Shown: positions 42,471-58,168, counted from the first letter of the stretch. The stretch is DNA of 64,000 nucleotides from an uncultured Pseudomonadota bacterium (GCA_963770835.1 CAVYRH010000016.1:1-64000); one strand, 5' to 3'. Numbers and translations: made by a program. Notes: generated from the sequence alone by a model not told the origin.

Positions 42471-42695
42471 TTATTTTGTAACTTTCGGTGTTTTTTCTTT
42501 AAGAGGCTCGGCTTTTTGTATCTTGTTCAGCACTTCCTTTTCGGCTTCAATCCAATCGTTCAACTCATCCCCCGGCTGGGCGTAACGGGCGCGATTCAAC
42601 CAACTGTAATAAGCGGCCTCTCCGATTTTGTTCAAGACACCGTCGGCTGTTGGGGTCGGCTCTGTTTTGGTAATTTCCTTATTGGCATTAACCAT
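42471..42695 (-). CDS. DUF2934-domain protein
   Basis: IGEAAYYSWLNR....DWIEAEKEV. Confidence 0.75.
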   Translation of the reverse strand: MVNANKEITKTEPTPTADGVLNKIGEAAYYSWLNRARYAQPGDELNDWIEAEKEVLNKIQKAEPLKEKTPKVTK

Positions 42696-43212
42696 TGGTA
42701 TTTCCTTCCGCGTTATTAGAACTCAAGCCGAAATGGGGGTTGTTGCTTACATTTACTAATGGCAAGAACCAAGCCGTTTTAAAAGTCTGTTTTACCCTTT
42801 TTTATCTATTTATTTCGCGATTTATAACTTTAGGGTCAAATCAAAATGAGAATCCAAGAGATCATTTTGATATGGAGAATCTAAATAATTTGTTCGATCA
42901 ACATGGGAAAAAGTTTACAAATTAAACCTCCGACTCGAGGTTTTAAGAGTTGGAAACATTAGAATAATCCTGATCGACCGACTAGCGAAAACGATCCCCG
43001 GCCCCGGCGAATGTCTTGACGGAATCCGAACCAAGTGTTCAATTTCACTTTGGCTCAACCAACTCGGCCTTTTTAACCCCAGTTAAAAACTGAAAAAAGA
43101 TAAAAATTCGGGATGAATCTGACCGGGGTCATAGCAAAAACTTCGGGTCGGTTAAAAAATATTCTAAAAATTAATGATCGATAAATAGAGATTAAAGGAT
43201 GCCCTGAAAGTC

Positions 43213-44907
43213 ATGAAAACAAGTTGCCATGCCGGAAAACCTGCGGAACCATGGATGTTGGTCGATGTTTCGAGGTTGATAACTGCTTACTTTACCGATG
43301 AACCCGATCCCAGCGCACCCGAGCAACGGATAATGTTTGGAACCTCAGGCCACCGTGGGTCATCCCTCCATAAGTCTTTTAATGAAAATCATATTCTTTC
43401 CATTACCCAGGCTATCTGCCACTATCGGAAGCTACAAAGAACTGATGGTCCTTTGTTTCTTGGAATAGATACCCATGCTTTGTCTATTCCTGCTAGCGCA
43501 AATGCCCTTGAGGTGTTGGCGGCAAATGGGGTTGATGTGATGATCGCGGAAGGGGACAAATATACCCCTACCCCGGTGATTTCCCATTCAATCCTGGCCT
43601 ACAACCGTGGAAGGAAAACCGGATTAGCCGATGGAATCGTTGTCACACCGTCTCATAATCCGCCGGAGGATGGTGGTTTCAAATACAACCCGCCCAATGG
43701 TGGTCCGGCGGACACGGTTGCCACCGATTGGATTGAAAAGGCAGCCAATGATTTCCTGGAATCCAGCCTGGAAGGGGTGAAGCGGGTTCCTCTTTCAAAG
43801 GCGCATAAGGCTTCCACAACCCACCGGCACGACTATATCAGTCCCTACATCACTGACCTAAACAGCGTTGTTGATATGCAGGCTATCCAAGACGCGAGAC
43901 TCAGGTTGGGGGTTGATCCCCTTGGGGGCGCTGGCGTTCATTATTGGGGAAGAATCGCAGAACGTTATGGTTTGAAACTTACGGTGGTCAACGATGAGGT
44001 TGACCCGACCTTCCGGTTTATGACAGTGGATTGGGATGGCCGTATACGAATGGATCCTTCTTCGTCTTTCGCAATGCAACGGTTAATGGGAATGAAGGAT
44101 CTTTTTGACATTTCTTTCGCTTGCGATACCGACCATGACCGGCATGGTATCGTCACCCCAACCGCTGGATTGTTACCCCCAAACCATTACCTTTCCGCAG
44201 CTATCCACTATCTTTTCCAACACCGGCCAAAGTGGGGCAAGGAGGCATCTGTCGGCAAAACGGTGGTTAGTAGCGGGATGATCGACCGTGTCACGACGAA
44301 GCTTGGCCGGAAACTATTCGAAGTGCCGGTCGGGTTTAAGTGGTTTGTTGATGGTTTGCTCGACGGTTCACTTGGCTTTGGAGGTGAGGAGAGCGCGGGA
44401 GCTTCCTTTTCCCGCATGGATGGTACCGTTTGGACCACGGATAAAGACGGGATTGTCCCGGCATTATTGGCGGCGGAGATCACCGCCGTAACGGGCCGTG
44501 ATCCCGGGGAGTTGTATCACGATCTTACCCAGGAATTTGGCGATCCCGTTTATGACCGCCTTGAGGCTCCGGCGACCCCGGAGCAAAAGACGACACTGAA
44601 AAAACTTTCGACCCAACAAATAAAACATACCGAACTGGCCGGTGAAAAAATCCAAACCATTCTCACGCATGCGCCGGGCAACGGAGCCCCCATTGGCGGG
44701 TTGAAGGTAGGGACCGAAAGCGGATGGTTCGCTGCCCGTCCATCGGGGACGGAGGATATCTACAAGATATACGCTGAGAGTTTCAGGGACCATTCCCATT
44801 TGGGCCGAATTCTCGAGGAAGCACGGGAAATCGTCGCTGATGCCTTAGCCGCATCCCCTCCTGTGCAAGGGAAGCCTTCAAGTCCAAAACAGAAAGTGAA
44901 AAGATGA
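43213..44907 (+). CDS. pgm: Phosphoglucomutase
   Basis: [28 protein letters not shown]. Confidence 0.96.
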   Translation: MKTSCHAGKPAEPWMLVDVSRLITAYFTDEPDPSAPEQRIMFGTSGHRGSSLHKSFNENHILSITQAICHYRKLQRTDGPLFLGIDTHALSIPASANALEVLAANGVDVMIAEGDKYTPTPVISHSILAYNRGRKTGLADGIVVTPSHNPPEDGGFKYNPPNGGPADTVATDWIEKAANDFLESSLEGVKRVPLSKAHKASTTHRHDYISPYITDLNSVVDMQAIQDARLRLGVDPLGGAGVHYWGRIAERYGLKLTVVNDEVDPTFRFMTVDWDGRIRMDPSSSFAMQRLMGMKDLFDISFACDTDHDRHGIVTPTAGLLPPNHYLSAAIHYLFQHRPKWGKEASVGKTVVSSGMIDRVTTKLGRKLFEVPVGFKWFVDGLLDGSLGFGGEESAGASFSRMDGTVWTTDKDGIVPALLAAEITAVTGRDPGELYHDLTQEFGDPVYDRLEAPATPEQKTTLKKLSTQQIKHTELAGEKIQTILTHAPGNGAPIGGLKVGTESGWFAARPSGTEDIYKIYAESFRDHSHLGRILEEAREIVADALAASPPVQGKPSSPKQKVKR

Positions 44908-47447
44908 CCGACAAAACAATCTTTAAACATCCGATTTACAGTTTGCCCATCGCTGAAATCGAGGGGTTCGGCTCACTTGCTGAACTCGCCCTGGATATGC
45001 GTTGGTCTTGGAATCATGCCACTGACGATATTTGGCGAAATCTAGACCCAGTACTGTGGGACCTAACCCATCACCCATGTGATGTCCTTCAAACGGTCTC
45101 CCGGGAAAAGATCAAGGGAATGCTTTCTGATCCCGCTTTTCGGAAAAAGATAGATGCCCTTGTGCAGTCCAAAAAGGAGGCGGAGGAAGCGCCAGCGTGG
45201 TACCAGCAACACCATCCCAAATCTCCCCTTAGCTGTGTGGCATATTTCAGTATGGAATTCATGTTGAGTGAAGCCCTCCCAATCTACTCGGGAGGACTTG
45301 GAAATGTGGCCGGTGATCAGCTCAAAGCGGCAAGCGATCTGGGGGTTCCTGTGGTCGGGGTGGGACTTCTGTATCAGCAGGGGTATTTTCGCCAGGTGAT
45401 CGACAAGGATGGGGCTCAACAGGCCATCTATCCTTACAACGATCCCGGCCAGTTGCCCATTATTCCCTTGCGCCACCCGAACGGAGAATGGTTGCGCCTG
45501 GAAATTCCCTTGCCCGGTTACTCGGTCTGGTTGCGCGCCTGGCAGGTTAAGGTAGGCCGTGTCAAACTTTACCTGTTGGACAGCAACGATGTGGCCAATT
45601 TCCCGGCCCATCGGGGGATCACCAGCGAGCTTTATGGCGGCGGCCAGGAGTTGCGGTTGAAACAAGAGATGGTACTTGGGTTAGGCGGGTGGAGGTTGCT
45701 CCGTGCGCTGGGCCTCCAGCCGGAAGTCTGTCACCTCAATGAAGGCCACGCGGCCTTCGCCGTATTGGAACGCGCACGGGATTTCATGGAGGAATCAGGA
45801 CAGCCTTTTGAAGCGGCCCTGGCCGTTACCCGGGCAGGCAACCTGTTCACGACTCACACGGCAGTAGTCGCCGGATTCGACCGTTTTAATCCTGCCCTCG
45901 TCGAACAATACCTTAGTGGATACGCACAGAAGCTAGGTATCTCCCTCCGCGACCTGTTGGCGCTCGGACGCCAAAACCCGGATGACCAAACCGAGAGTTT
46001 TAACATGGCTTACTTGGCCATTCGTGGCAGCGGGGCGGTAAATGGCGTAAGCCTCTTGCATGGACGGGTGAGTCGTCATCTCTTCGAGCCCCTCTTTTTA
46101 CACTGGCCGACAGCGGAAGTGCCCGTTAGCCATGTCACCAACGGAGTCCATATGCCGACCTGGGATTCGGCCCAGGCAGATGACCTTTGGACGAAAGCCT
46201 GCGGAAAAGACCGGTGGCTGAATCCGACTGAAAACATGGAGAAGGATATTCGCGGGGTTTCCGACGCCGCCATTTGGCAATTCCGTACCGACGCTAGCAA
46301 GGCCCTGGTCGAATACGCCCGAAAACGCTTTCCTCTTCAACTCGCCTCATCAGGCGCGTCGCCAGATGAGGTTGAAGGGGCAAAACATATGTTTAATCCA
46401 AATGCGTTGACTTTGGGTTTCGCGCGCCGCTTCGCCACTTACAAAAGGCCAAATATGCTGCTGCACGATCCGGACCGGCTGATTCGCCTTTTAACCAATC
46501 CACAAAGGCCGGTGCAACTCATCCTTGCTGGTAAGGCTCACCCGGCAGACCAAGCAGGACAAGACCTGATTAAAGAATGGTCTCGTTTCATCAAACGGCC
46601 CGATGTGCGCCCCCACGTGATTTTCTTGAGCGACTACAACATGCTACTGAGTGAATACCTTGTGCAAGGGGTTGATGTCTGGATCAACACGCCACGGCGG
46701 CCGTGGGAGGCCTGTGGAACGAGCGGAATGAAGGTACTCGTTAATGGCGGGCTCAATCTCTCCGAATTGGACGGCTGGTGGTCAGAAGCTTACGCTCCGG
46801 AGGTTGGTTGGGCGTTGGGAGATGGCCGGGAACACGGCGACGATCCAGCGTGGGACGCGGTTGAAGCCGAGGCGCTTTATGCCCTGCTCGAAAGGGAAGT
46901 AATACCGGAATTTTACACGCGTGATAAAAACGGTGTTCCAACTGCCTGGGTTAAAAGGATGCGGGAGAGCATGGCGCGCCTGACCCCTCTCTTTTCCTCC
47001 AACCGATCGGTCCGTGAATATACCGAGAAACATTATCTTCCGAGAGCGGAAGCCTACCATTCACGCTCGGCGAACAAGGGCGCGATCGGCAAACAAATGG
47101 TCGATTGGGGGCATCAATTTGAACAGAAGTGGCCCGCGATTCGATTCGGAGAAGTAAAGGTTGAGACGCATGGTGGCCACCATCAATTTGAAGTTCAGGT
47201 CTATCTCAATGACTTGGAACCGAACGTGATCAAAGTGGAACTTTACGCGGACGGGGTCAAAGATGGTTCCCCCATCATGCAGGAGTTGAAGCAACTTCGC
47301 CAACTGGCCGGGGTGCCGGGCGGTTTTGTTTTTGGCGCGGCGGTTTCGGCGACCCGCCCGGCAGTGGACTATACGGCACGGGTGATACCGCATTTCGACG
47401 GGATTTCAATCCCATTGGAAGAAGCCCATATCCTTTGGAAGAATTGA
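44904..47447 (+). CDS. glgP: Alpha-glucan phosphorylase
   Basis: [26 protein letters not shown]. Confidence 0.95.
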   Translation: MTDKTIFKHPIYSLPIAEIEGFGSLAELALDMRWSWNHATDDIWRNLDPVLWDLTHHPCDVLQTVSREKIKGMLSDPAFRKKIDALVQSKKEAEEAPAWYQQHHPKSPLSCVAYFSMEFMLSEALPIYSGGLGNVAGDQLKAASDLGVPVVGVGLLYQQGYFRQVIDKDGAQQAIYPYNDPGQLPIIPLRHPNGEWLRLEIPLPGYSVWLRAWQVKVGRVKLYLLDSNDVANFPAHRGITSELYGGGQELRLKQEMVLGLGGWRLLRALGLQPEVCHLNEGHAAFAVLERARDFMEESGQPFEAALAVTRAGNLFTTHTAVVAGFDRFNPALVEQYLSGYAQKLGISLRDLLALGRQNPDDQTESFNMAYLAIRGSGAVNGVSLLHGRVSRHLFEPLFLHWPTAEVPVSHVTNGVHMPTWDSAQADDLWTKACGKDRWLNPTENMEKDIRGVSDAAIWQFRTDASKALVEYARKRFPLQLASSGASPDEVEGAKHMFNPNALTLGFARRFATYKRPNMLLHDPDRLIRLLTNPQRPVQLILAGKAHPADQAGQDLIKEWSRFIKRPDVRPHVIFLSDYNMLLSEYLVQGVDVWINTPRRPWEACGTSGMKVLVNGGLNLSELDGWWSEAYAPEVGWALGDGREHGDDPAWDAVEAEALYALLEREVIPEFYTRDKNGVPTAWVKRMRESMARLTPLFSSNRSVREYTEKHYLPRAEAYHSRSANKGAIGKQMVDWGHQFEQKWPAIRFGEVKVETHGGHHQFEVQVYLNDLEPNVIKVELYADGVKDGSPIMQELKQLRQLAGVPGGFVFGAAVSATRPAVDYTARVIPHFDGISIPLEEAHILWKN

Positions 47448-47553
47448 TTGGATTTTGAAAGAAAAAAATGATTGAAAAACAGAATATAAAAGCTAACTCC
47501 AACTCGATACTGCCATTTGGCAAGCAGAAATCAATTTGGGGAGGGGGCACCAA

Positions 47554-49173
47554 ATGAACCAAAGATCCTCCGGGATTCTTCTCCACCCAACATCCCTTTA
47601 TAACCCCTATTCCATTGGCGACTTGGGGCCTGCCGCGACCGCCTTTGTCGATTTCCTGGTCGAGAGCGGACAGCGTTGGTGGCAGATGCTTCCGATCGGG
47701 CCAGTTGGGTGGGGGAATTCACCCTACCAATCAACCTCCGCTTTTGCGGGTAATCCTCTCCTGTTAAGCCCAGATCGGTTAATGGAGCAGGGATTTTTGG
47801 ACGGCCAAAATATTGAATTTTCTCCTTTGGATGACCTTGGGAAGGTTGATTATCCCGTGGCTGAACACTTGAAGCTGGGATGGCTAAAAAATGCATTCGA
47901 GCATTTCAAATGGAACATGAACTCCGAAAAACCATCGCAGTTCGACGCATTTGTGGAGATGGAATCCTTTTGGGTTGAGGATTTTTCATTGTTTTCCGCG
48001 ATCGGGGAGAAAGAGGGCACTACGGATTGGACTCGATGGGGCCCAGGACTTCGAAAACGCAGTCCCGAGACCATCCTTCGCGCGAAAAAGGACTTTACGG
48101 ATGAAATTCTTTATCACAAGTTTGTGCAATGGCAGTTCGCAATTCAATGGAAAGAGTTACGTTCTTACTGCTTATCCAAAGGCATCGGATTGATCGGCGA
48201 TATTCCCCTTTTCGTGGGGCATCAAAGTGCCGATGTCTGGGCCCATCCCGAGCTTTTTAAACTGGATGTCGATGGAAAACCCACCGTTGTTGCGGGCGTT
48301 CCGCCCGATTATTTCTCGAAAACAGGGCAGGTGTGGGGTGTCCCCGTTTACGACTGGAGTGCGCTTCGAAAGCAGAATTACAGATGGTGGATCGAACGCC
48401 TGCGGAAGGCTTTTGGACGATTCGACCTCAATCGGTTGGATCATTTCATCGGTTTTGTCCGAACTTATGAAGTGCCTGCTCGTGCCAAGACGGCCGAGGA
48501 AGGGCAATACCAACCAGGTGGAGGGGCATCTTTTTTAAAAGCCGTCACCGAAGCTCTGGGCTGTTTGCCCTTGATCGCAGAGGATCTTGGGATCATCACC
48601 CCGGAAGTGGCCGCTTTACGGGATCAGTTCCATCTTCCGGGCATTCGAGTACTCCAATTTGATCTAGAACCAAGAACCGAAACCCATCCAGGTCCACCGG
48701 AACAACGTCCGGTGAAATGGATGGTTTATACGGGAACGCATGACAACGACACAACGCTGGGTTGGTACGGGAAGTTGACGGTATCCCAGCAGGAGGCCCT
48801 TCGAAAACAACTGGGAGTGAACGACCAGGGGGTTGTCTGGGCCGTGATAGGGGAGGCTTTTGCCTCCGAAGCCGAAGCCGCCATCATTCCGATGCAAGAC
48901 CTCATGGAGTTGGGGTCCGAGGGACGGATGAATTTTCCCGGGATCGCGGAAGGTAACTGGGGATGGCGACTGAAGGAGGGAGTGTTGACACGGCAGCTAG
49001 CGCAGAAGCTGAAAAAGCTGACTACCACCTATGGGCGCCTCAGCAGTCCTGTAGCCCTTCGAAAACCCAGGGGTCTGGAAGGGAACCCGACCCAACAGAT
49101 TGGGAAACGGGCTAGTGATTATTCAAAACTAAACACCGCCAGTAAAACAACGGAAGCCCTGGGACCCTTATGA
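47554..49173 (+). CDS. malQ: 4-alpha-glucanotransferase
   Basis: SGILLHPTSL, GVPPDYFS, RLDHFIG, IAEDLG, YTGTHDNDT. Confidence 0.95.
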   Translation: MNQRSSGILLHPTSLYNPYSIGDLGPAATAFVDFLVESGQRWWQMLPIGPVGWGNSPYQSTSAFAGNPLLLSPDRLMEQGFLDGQNIEFSPLDDLGKVDYPVAEHLKLGWLKNAFEHFKWNMNSEKPSQFDAFVEMESFWVEDFSLFSAIGEKEGTTDWTRWGPGLRKRSPETILRAKKDFTDEILYHKFVQWQFAIQWKELRSYCLSKGIGLIGDIPLFVGHQSADVWAHPELFKLDVDGKPTVVAGVPPDYFSKTGQVWGVPVYDWSALRKQNYRWWIERLRKAFGRFDLNRLDHFIGFVRTYEVPARAKTAEEGQYQPGGGASFLKAVTEALGCLPLIAEDLGIITPEVAALRDQFHLPGIRVLQFDLEPRTETHPGPPEQRPVKWMVYTGTHDNDTTLGWYGKLTVSQQEALRKQLGVNDQGVVWAVIGEAFASEAEAAIIPMQDLMELGSEGRMNFPGIAEGNWGWRLKEGVLTRQLAQKLKKLTTTYGRLSSPVALRKPRGLEGNPTQQIGKRASDYSKLNTASKTTEALGPL

Positions 49174-49817
49174 ACCGCTCGACAAAAGTCACGACTTTAT
49201 TCCTGGATATCGGTGGTGTCCTCCTCACCGACGGGTGGGACCGTCATGCCCGAAAGCGGGCGGCGATGAATTTCAAGCTGGAGCACGCCGATCTGGAGGA
49301 GCGCCATCACCTGACCTTCGACGCCTTCGAGGAAGGAAAACTTTCATTCAAAGAATACCTAAGCCGGGTGGTTTTCCACCAAAAACGGCCTTTTACCCGG
49401 GCCCAGTTCCGGGATTTCATGTTCGCCCAATCGAAGCCTTATCCGGAGATGATCGGGTTTGTCGCGGGCCTCAAGGCCAGGTACGGGCTTAGGGTTGCCG
49501 TGGTCAGCAACGAAGCACGGGAATTAAACGCATATCGGATACGAAAATTCAGGCTCGATACTTTCGTTGATTCATTTATTACCTCCTGCTTTGTGCATGT
49601 CCGCAAACCCGACGCGGATATCTTCCGGTTCGCCCTGGATATCGCCAATGCCCCAGCCCGGCAGGTTATCTATATCGAAAATACGCCGATGTTTGTCCGT
49701 GTCGCTGAAGGCCTGGGGATTCGGAGCATTCTTCATAAGGACGCAAAATCCACGCGGGCGAAGTTGGCTGCGTTAGGGTTGCGGAATCAGGAAGGAGTCG
49801 CCGATGAATCCTTCTGA
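49170..49817 (+). CDS. HAD-family hydrolase
   Basis: FLDIGGVL, VSNE, RKPDADIF. Confidence 0.88.
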   Translation: MNRSTKVTTLFLDIGGVLLTDGWDRHARKRAAMNFKLEHADLEERHHLTFDAFEEGKLSFKEYLSRVVFHQKRPFTRAQFRDFMFAQSKPYPEMIGFVAGLKARYGLRVAVVSNEARELNAYRIRKFRLDTFVDSFITSCFVHVRKPDADIFRFALDIANAPARQVIYIENTPMFVRVAEGLGIRSILHKDAKSTRAKLAALGLRNQEGVADESF

Positions 49818-50997
49818 ACCCCGCATTCTGACGATCAATGGCGGCTCCTCAAGTATCAAGTTTGACTTATTCGAGATCGGCGACCCCTTGCTCCGGATCC
49901 TGGCGGGAAAGATTGACCGGATTGGATTACCGGATGCCACCTTGCGGGTCAAGGGACCGGCTCCTTTGGATAATTTTTCACGACCAGTTAAAGTGCCCGA
50001 TCACAAGTCGGCGGTAGGTGTATTGATGGATTGGATAGGGGAACGTGGCGGCCGTGATGCCTTGGCGGCAGTAGGACACCGGGTGGTTCATGGAGGGCCG
50101 AATTATAGCGATCCGAAAATAATCACAAGAGAAATGATCGATGAGTTACGGCTACTCAAGACATTTGATCCTGAACACCTACCGGAAGAGATCATGCTGA
50201 TCGAGGCTTTTCATCACCAGTTTCCCGACTTGCCCCAAGTGGCCTGTTTCGACACGGCTTTCCATAAAAAATTGCCGCGCGTGGCCCAGTTGTTGCCGAT
50301 TCCGCGCCGGTACGAAGCAAAGGGGGTACGCCGGTACGGATTTCACGGGTTGTCATATTCGTACCTCATGGGGGAGTTGACCCGCTTGGCCGGGGCGGAG
50401 GCGGCTCAAGGACGGATCATACTTGCCCACCTTGGCAATGGCGCGAGTCTGGCGGCGGTCTGGAAAGGAAATTCCCTGGACACAAGTATGAGTTTTACAC
50501 CCGCAGCCGGAGTGCCGATGGGTACACGTTCCGGGGATATTGATCCCGGATTGTTTGGTTACCTGGCGCGCGAAGAGGGAATTGACGCCAAGGGATTCAA
50601 CGAAATGCTTAATTTCAAATCTGGACTCATAGGGGTATCAGAAACCAGTTCGGATATGAGTGATTTGTTGAAAAGTGAAACGACAGACCCACGGGCGGCG
50701 GAGGCTGTAACATTATTTTGCTACCAAGTCAAAAAATGGATCGGCGCTTTTGCGGCGGCTTTAGGCGGACTGGACACGTTGGTATTCTCAGCCGGTATCG
50801 GCGAAAACGCGCCCACGGTCCGTGGCCGGATTTGCGATGGATTGGAATTCCTTGGAATAGAGCTCGAGGAAAAACGGAACTCGGCGAACGAGGGAGTGAT
50901 ATCCAAAGACAAAGGCAGGGTTAGCGTCCGTGTCATTCGCACGGACGAGGAATTCATGATCGCCAAGATGGTTTGCCGCCTTCTCGACATCGGCTGA
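49804..50997 (+). CDS. ackA: Acetate/propionate kinase
   Basis: [30 protein letters not shown]. Confidence 0.93.
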   Translation: MNPSEPRILTINGGSSSIKFDLFEIGDPLLRILAGKIDRIGLPDATLRVKGPAPLDNFSRPVKVPDHKSAVGVLMDWIGERGGRDALAAVGHRVVHGGPNYSDPKIITREMIDELRLLKTFDPEHLPEEIMLIEAFHHQFPDLPQVACFDTAFHKKLPRVAQLLPIPRRYEAKGVRRYGFHGLSYSYLMGELTRLAGAEAAQGRIILAHLGNGASLAAVWKGNSLDTSMSFTPAAGVPMGTRSGDIDPGLFGYLAREEGIDAKGFNEMLNFKSGLIGVSETSSDMSDLLKSETTDPRAAEAVTLFCYQVKKWIGAFAAALGGLDTLVFSAGIGENAPTVRGRICDGLEFLGIELEEKRNSANEGVISKDKGRVSVRVIRTDEEFMIAKMVCRLLDIG

Positions 50998-51013
50998 AAA
51001 AGGAGGATTTAAA

Positions 51014-53383
51014 ATGGGGACCGAAACACTTTCACCTGAACTGCTCCGCAAAATGGATGGCTATTGGCGTGCCGCGAACTATCTGTCGGTCGGCCAAATA
51101 TACCTTTATGACAATCCGTTGCTGAAGGAACCTTTGAAGCTGTCCCACGTGAAGCCCTTGGTGGTCGGGCATTGGGGTACGACTCCCGGCCAGAACTTTA
51201 TTTATGTTCACCTGAACCGGGTCATCAAGAAGTATGACCTGGATATGTTCTATATCGCCGGTCCCGGTCATGGAGGTCCGGCCCTGGTCGCAAATACTTA
51301 CCTGGAAGGAACCTATAGTGAGATTTATTCCAATATCAGCCAAAACGAGGAGGGCTTAAAAAAACTTTTCACACAATTTTCCTTCCCCGGTGGGATCTCC
51401 AGCCATGTTGCACCCACGACACCTGGGTCGATCCATGAGGGGGGCGAGTTGGGGTACTCGCTCAGCCATGCCTTCGGGGCCGCCTTCGATAATCCAGGCC
51501 TGATAGTTGCCTGTGTTATCGGGGATGGCGAGGCAGAAACCGGACCGTTGGCGACCGCTTGGCAGTCCAACAAATTCCTCAACCCTATTTCCGATGGGGC
51601 CGTCTTGCCAATTCTTCATCTCAACGGTTACAAGATCTCCAACCCGACCGTTCTGGCCCGGATCGAGCCGGAAGAATTAGAGCAATTTTTCAGGGGTTGT
51701 GGCTGGAAGCCCTATTTTGTGGAGGGAGATGACCCGGAAAAGATGCATCAACTTATGGCGGCTACCCTCGAACAAGCCGTCGAGGAAATCCGGCAGATCC
51801 AAAATAACGCGCGGGGCAATAACGATACCACCCGGCCCCGCTGGCCGATGATCGTCCTCAGGTCGCCAAAGGGGTGGACGGGGCCGAAGACCGTGGATGG
51901 CCTCCAAGTGGAGGGCACGTTCCGGGCGCACCAGGTTCCGCTCCTGGTGGATTTTGAGCATCCCGATCATATCCATGAATTAGAAAGCTGGATGAAGAGC
52001 TATAAGCCCGAAGAACTTTTCGACAAGAACGGCGGTCTCATTCCGGAATTGGCGGAACTGGCGCCCAAAGGCAACCGGCGGATGGGAGCCAATCCCCACG
52101 CCAACGGGGGGTTACTGCTTCGCGACCTGAGGATGCCGGATTTCCGCGTCCATGCCGTGAAGGTGCCGTCACCCGGTGCCGTTAATGGACAGGATACGAT
52201 GGTTCTGGGAAAGTTTCTTCGGGATGTGGCAAAGATGAATAAGGATCAAAACAATTTCCGTATCTTTGGCCCCGATGAAACCCTCTCGAATCTTCTTGGC
52301 GCGGTTTTTGAGGAAACCAACCGCCAGTGGGATGCCCGAACTGAAAAGAACGATGAATTTCTCGCGCCAGCCGGGCGGGTACTGGACTCGATGCTGAGCG
52401 AGCACCAGTCGGAGGGCTGGCTGGAGGGTTACCTCCTCACGGGGCGGCACGGGCTTTTCAATTGTTACGAGGCCTTCATCCACATCATTGATTCGATGTT
52501 CAACCAGCACGCCAAGTGGCTGAAGATCACCGCTGAATTGCCCTGGCGGAGGAAGATCGCGTCCCTGAACTACCTGTTGGCTTCCCACGTCTGGCAACAG
52601 GATCACAACGGGTTCACTCACCAGGACCCCGGCTTCCTCGACCATGTGGTGAACAAGAAGGCCGATATCGTCCGCATATACCTTCCGCCCGACGCCAATT
52701 GCCTCCTTTCGGTTTTTGACCACTGCCTGCGAAGCCGTCACTATGTGAATGTGGTGGTCGCGGGGAAACACGCGCTTCCCCAATGGCTGGACATGGACGC
52801 TGCGGAAAAGCACTGCACGGAAGGGATCGGTATCTGGCAATGGGCCAGCAACGACCAGGGTGCCGAGCCCGACGTGGTCATGGCCTGCTGTGGGGACACA
52901 CCCACGTTGGAGATCCTCGCCGCCGTTTCCATCCTTCATGAGCATTTGCCCGAATTGAGAATCCGGATGATCAATGTGGTCGATCTGATGAGATTGCAGC
53001 CGCAAACCGAGCACCCACATGGGCTGAACGACACGAATTTCGATTCACTTTTCACGAAAGACAAACCCGTTGTCTTCGCCTTCCATGGCTATCCCTGGCT
53101 AATCCACCGTCTGACCTACCGCAGGACCAACCGAAATATCCACGTCCGGGGCTATGTGGAAGAAGGCGCGATCACAACGGCTTTTGACATGAGGGTGTTG
53201 AACAAATTGGACCGGTTCCACCTGGTACAAGACGTGGTGGACCGCCTGCCGCAATTGGGAACGAGAGGGGCCTACATCAAGCAGATGGTTAAGGACAAGC
53301 TCGTCGAGCACAAGCTTTACATCGATAAACAAGGTCAAGACATGCCGGAAATCCGCAACTGGAAGTGGAGCGTCACTCGATGA
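51014..53383 (+). CDS. xfp: Phosphoketolase
   Basis: [35 protein letters not shown]. Confidence 0.95.
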   Translation: MGTETLSPELLRKMDGYWRAANYLSVGQIYLYDNPLLKEPLKLSHVKPLVVGHWGTTPGQNFIYVHLNRVIKKYDLDMFYIAGPGHGGPALVANTYLEGTYSEIYSNISQNEEGLKKLFTQFSFPGGISSHVAPTTPGSIHEGGELGYSLSHAFGAAFDNPGLIVACVIGDGEAETGPLATAWQSNKFLNPISDGAVLPILHLNGYKISNPTVLARIEPEELEQFFRGCGWKPYFVEGDDPEKMHQLMAATLEQAVEEIRQIQNNARGNNDTTRPRWPMIVLRSPKGWTGPKTVDGLQVEGTFRAHQVPLLVDFEHPDHIHELESWMKSYKPEELFDKNGGLIPELAELAPKGNRRMGANPHANGGLLLRDLRMPDFRVHAVKVPSPGAVNGQDTMVLGKFLRDVAKMNKDQNNFRIFGPDETLSNLLGAVFEETNRQWDARTEKNDEFLAPAGRVLDSMLSEHQSEGWLEGYLLTGRHGLFNCYEAFIHIIDSMFNQHAKWLKITAELPWRRKIASLNYLLASHVWQQDHNGFTHQDPGFLDHVVNKKADIVRIYLPPDANCLLSVFDHCLRSRHYVNVVVAGKHALPQWLDMDAAEKHCTEGIGIWQWASNDQGAEPDVVMACCGDTPTLEILAAVSILHEHLPELRIRMINVVDLMRLQPQTEHPHGLNDTNFDSLFTKDKPVVFAFHGYPWLIHRLTYRRTNRNIHVRGYVEEGAITTAFDMRVLNKLDRFHLVQDVVDRLPQLGTRGAYIKQMVKDKLVEHKLYIDKQGQDMPEIRNWKWSVTR

Positions 53384-54408
53384 ACAACCAAGAATTGATG
53401 GATGCTGTGAGGTCGCTGGTCGCGGGGGACAAGGGCCTATTGGCGATGGATGAAAGCAACACGACTTGCAACGAGCGATTCGCCAAGTTGGATATTCCAC
53501 AGACCGAGGATGCCCGGCGCGCTTATCGGGAGTTGATCATTACGACTCCCGGCCTTTCGGATTCCATCAGCGGAGCTATCCTCTATGACGAGACTATCCG
53601 CCAGAAAACGAAAGACGGAATCCCCTTCGTAAAGGCCCTCACCGATTTGGGAATCATACCCGGTATCAAAGTGGATACGGGAGCGAAGGAGTTGGCAGGC
53701 CATCCGGGAGAGCGTGTCACCGAGGGACTGGATGGTTTGCGGGGACGCTTGGCCTATTATTCCCAATTGGGCGCCCGATTCGCCAAGTGGCGCGCCGTCA
53801 TAGCCCTGGGCGACGGACTGCCCAGTTTGGGTTGCGTCGAGGCGAACGCACATGCTTTGGCCCGTTACGCCGCCCTGTGCCAGGAAGTCGGATTGGTCCC
53901 CATTGTGGAGGCGGAGGTTCTGATGGATGGGGCGCATGACCTTCAGCGTTGTTTCGAAGTGACCGAGGAAACACTCCGGACGGTTTTTATCCAGCTTCAC
54001 GCCCAACGAGTCATGCTGGAGGGCATGATCCTGAAGCCCAACATGGTACTTCCGGGATGGGCCTGTTCCCGGCAGGAATCGGTAGAAGAAGTGGCCGACG
54101 CGACGGTGGGGTGTCTTTTGCGGTCCGTTCCCGCCGCCGTTCCCGGAATTGCCTTCTTGTCGGGGGGACAATCCGCCGAATTGGCCTCGGAGCGTTTGAA
54201 CGCCATGAACGTACGGTTTAAATCCCGGTTGCCTTGGGCTTTGTCCTTTTCCTTCGCCCGGGCCATCCAGCAACCCGCATTGGAGATTTGGATGGGCGAG
54301 GAAGCCCATGTGGCGACCGCGCAGAAAGCCCTGTTTCACCGGGCCACGTGCAATCGGGCCGCAAGACAGGGCAAATACAACGCTGATATGGAAAGAGCAA
54401 AAGTATGA
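53380..54408 (+). CDS. Class I fructose-bisphosphate aldolase
   Basis: [28 protein letters not shown]. Confidence 0.93.
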   Translation: MNNQELMDAVRSLVAGDKGLLAMDESNTTCNERFAKLDIPQTEDARRAYRELIITTPGLSDSISGAILYDETIRQKTKDGIPFVKALTDLGIIPGIKVDTGAKELAGHPGERVTEGLDGLRGRLAYYSQLGARFAKWRAVIALGDGLPSLGCVEANAHALARYAALCQEVGLVPIVEAEVLMDGAHDLQRCFEVTEETLRTVFIQLHAQRVMLEGMILKPNMVLPGWACSRQESVEEVADATVGCLLRSVPAAVPGIAFLSGGQSAELASERLNAMNVRFKSRLPWALSFSFARAIQQPALEIWMGEEAHVATAQKALFHRATCNRAARQGKYNADMERAKV

Positions 54409-54446
54409 CGACAAACATACCCCCACCCGCGAAACCTGCGGTATAG

Positions 54447-56431
<1,985 letters not shown>

Positions 56432-56439
<8 letters not shown>

Positions 56440-56761
56440 AAAACCTGAAGCCGGGAACGGGAAAGATCCGACAGGGTTCAGTCGTGAGGTTGGCGAGAAG
56501 GCGGAACGCAAGATCAAGGCCCAACGGAATCCCGTCAAGGGCGTCTGGTTTGGATTGGGCATGATGGGGCTTATTGGCTGGTCGGTGGTAGTTCCGACCC
56601 TGCTCGGCGCGGCACTTGGTATATGGTTGGACAAACGGCATCCGGGCGGCCATTCCTGGACGTTGGCCCTCATGGCGGCGGGACTGGCGATTGGATGCAT
56701 GAACGCCTGGCATTGGGTGGCCCAACAGGACAAGGAAATGGGGGAGGACCAAAATGACTGA
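56432..56761 (+). CDS. AtpZ/AtpQ family protein
   Basis: GLGMMGLIGWSVVVP, GIWLD. Confidence 0.85.
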
Positions 56762-57071
56762 TCTTTTAAAAATGGGGATGGTTTTGGCGGTTGGGGTCCT
56801 GATAGGCGGAATATTCTTTGGCGGCCTCTGGTGGACGATCCAGAAAGGGGCTTCGATCAAACGGCCAGCCTTATGGTTCCTCGGCAGCTTGTTGTTACGG
56901 ATGGGGATCACCTTGGGTGGCTTCTATTTCATCGCGCACGGACATTGGGAGAGGTTTCTTGTATGTTTGCTGGGATTTTTAATTGGCCGATATATCGTGA
57001 CTCGGCTTACCGGTGGGGTGGAAAAACCGAAAATCCTGGCACAGGGGGTCGGCGATGCGCCTTACTCCTGA
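56754..57071 (+). CDS. atpR: N-ATPase AtpR subunit
   Basis: FFGGLWWT, SLLLR. Confidence 0.85.
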   Translation: MTDLLKMGMVLAVGVLIGGIFFGGLWWTIQKGASIKRPALWFLGSLLLRMGITLGGFYFIAHGHWERFLVCLLGFLIGRYIVTRLTGGVEKPKILAQGVGDAPYS

Positions 57072-57852
57072 TGAGATGATCTTTTGGCATCATGGTTTTC
57101 TCAAACTCAATGGAACCATTGTTTTCACTTGGGGGCTCATGTTCGTCCTGACGGTGGGTTCCAAGATCCTCACCCATAAACTATCGACCGGGTCGGACCG
57201 TTCCCGATGGCAAAACCTGCTTGAAATTCTCGTCACCGCCATTGAGAAGCAAATCCAAGAGGTGGGTTTGAGCCGGCCCGAGAAATATATCGGCTTCCTT
57301 GGCACCCTTTTTCTTTTTGTCGCCTCAGCCAGCCTTTGCACGGTCATTCCCGGCTACGAGCCGCCCACCGGATCTCTCTCGACCACTGCCGCGCTCGCCT
57401 TGTGCGTGTTCGTGGCCGTGCCCTTCTTCGGAATCGAGGATCAAGGGTTGGGAAACTACCTCAAGTCCTACATGAAGCCCACCTTCATCATGCTGCCTTT
57501 CAACATCATCAGCGAACTTTCGCGTACATTGGCCCTGGCCGTCCGTTTGTTCGGCAACATGATGAGCGGGGCGATGATCATCGCCATCCTGCTCACCATC
57601 ACGCCGTTTGTTTTCCCGATCATAATGATGGTCCTCGGCCTGCTCACCGGCATGGTTCAGGCCTATATTTTCAGCATCCTGGCCGGTGTTTATATCGCGG
57701 CGGCCACAAGGGTTCGAAAACCCAAGCCTGAAACGGATTCAAAACCGGAAGGCAAGGGTGGGGCGAAGTCTGGCGTACAAGTCGATCCTAAGCCTGGGGC
57801 CGAACCAGAAAAGGAGGCTACAGCCAATTCTTTGCCAGTTTTGAATCATTGA
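57055..57852 (+). CDS. atpB: ATPase subunit a
   Basis: LAVRLFGN, VQAYIF. Confidence 0.93.
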   Translation: MRLTPDEMIFWHHGFLKLNGTIVFTWGLMFVLTVGSKILTHKLSTGSDRSRWQNLLEILVTAIEKQIQEVGLSRPEKYIGFLGTLFLFVASASLCTVIPGYEPPTGSLSTTAALALCVFVAVPFFGIEDQGLGNYLKSYMKPTFIMLPFNIISELSRTLALAVRLFGNMMSGAMIIAILLTITPFVFPIIMMVLGLLTGMVQAYIFSILAGVYIAAATRVRKPKPETDSKPEGKGGAKSGVQVDPKPGAEPEKEATANSLPVLNH

Positions 57853-57882
57853 AGAAAAAATATAAAAATAAAAGGAGGAATT

Positions 57883-58164
57883 ATGGATAGCTTAACGATT
57901 ATCGGAGTGGCATCGATTGTCATCGCGGGCATTACCACCGGTTTCGGGACGATGGGGCCCGCCCTAGCGGAAGGGAGGGCGGTCGCGACAGCCTTGACTT
58001 CACTGGCCCAACAGCCGGACGCCTCCGCCACCATCACCCGGACCTTGTTCGTGGGACTGGCGATGATCGAGTCCACGGCCATCTATTGTTTTGTGGTCTC
58101 GATGATTCTCATCTTCGCCAACCCCTTCTGGAACCACGCTATCGCCCAAGTGGCGGGAAAGTAA
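57883..58164 (+). CDS. atpE: ATPase subunit c with Na+-type ligands
   Basis: ALAEG, AQQP, IESTAIY. Confidence 0.95.
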   Translation: MDSLTIIGVASIVIAGITTGFGTMGPALAEGRAVATALTSLAQQPDASATITRTLFVGLAMIESTAIYCFVVSMILIFANPFWNHAIAQVAGK

Positions 58165-58168
58165 GCTC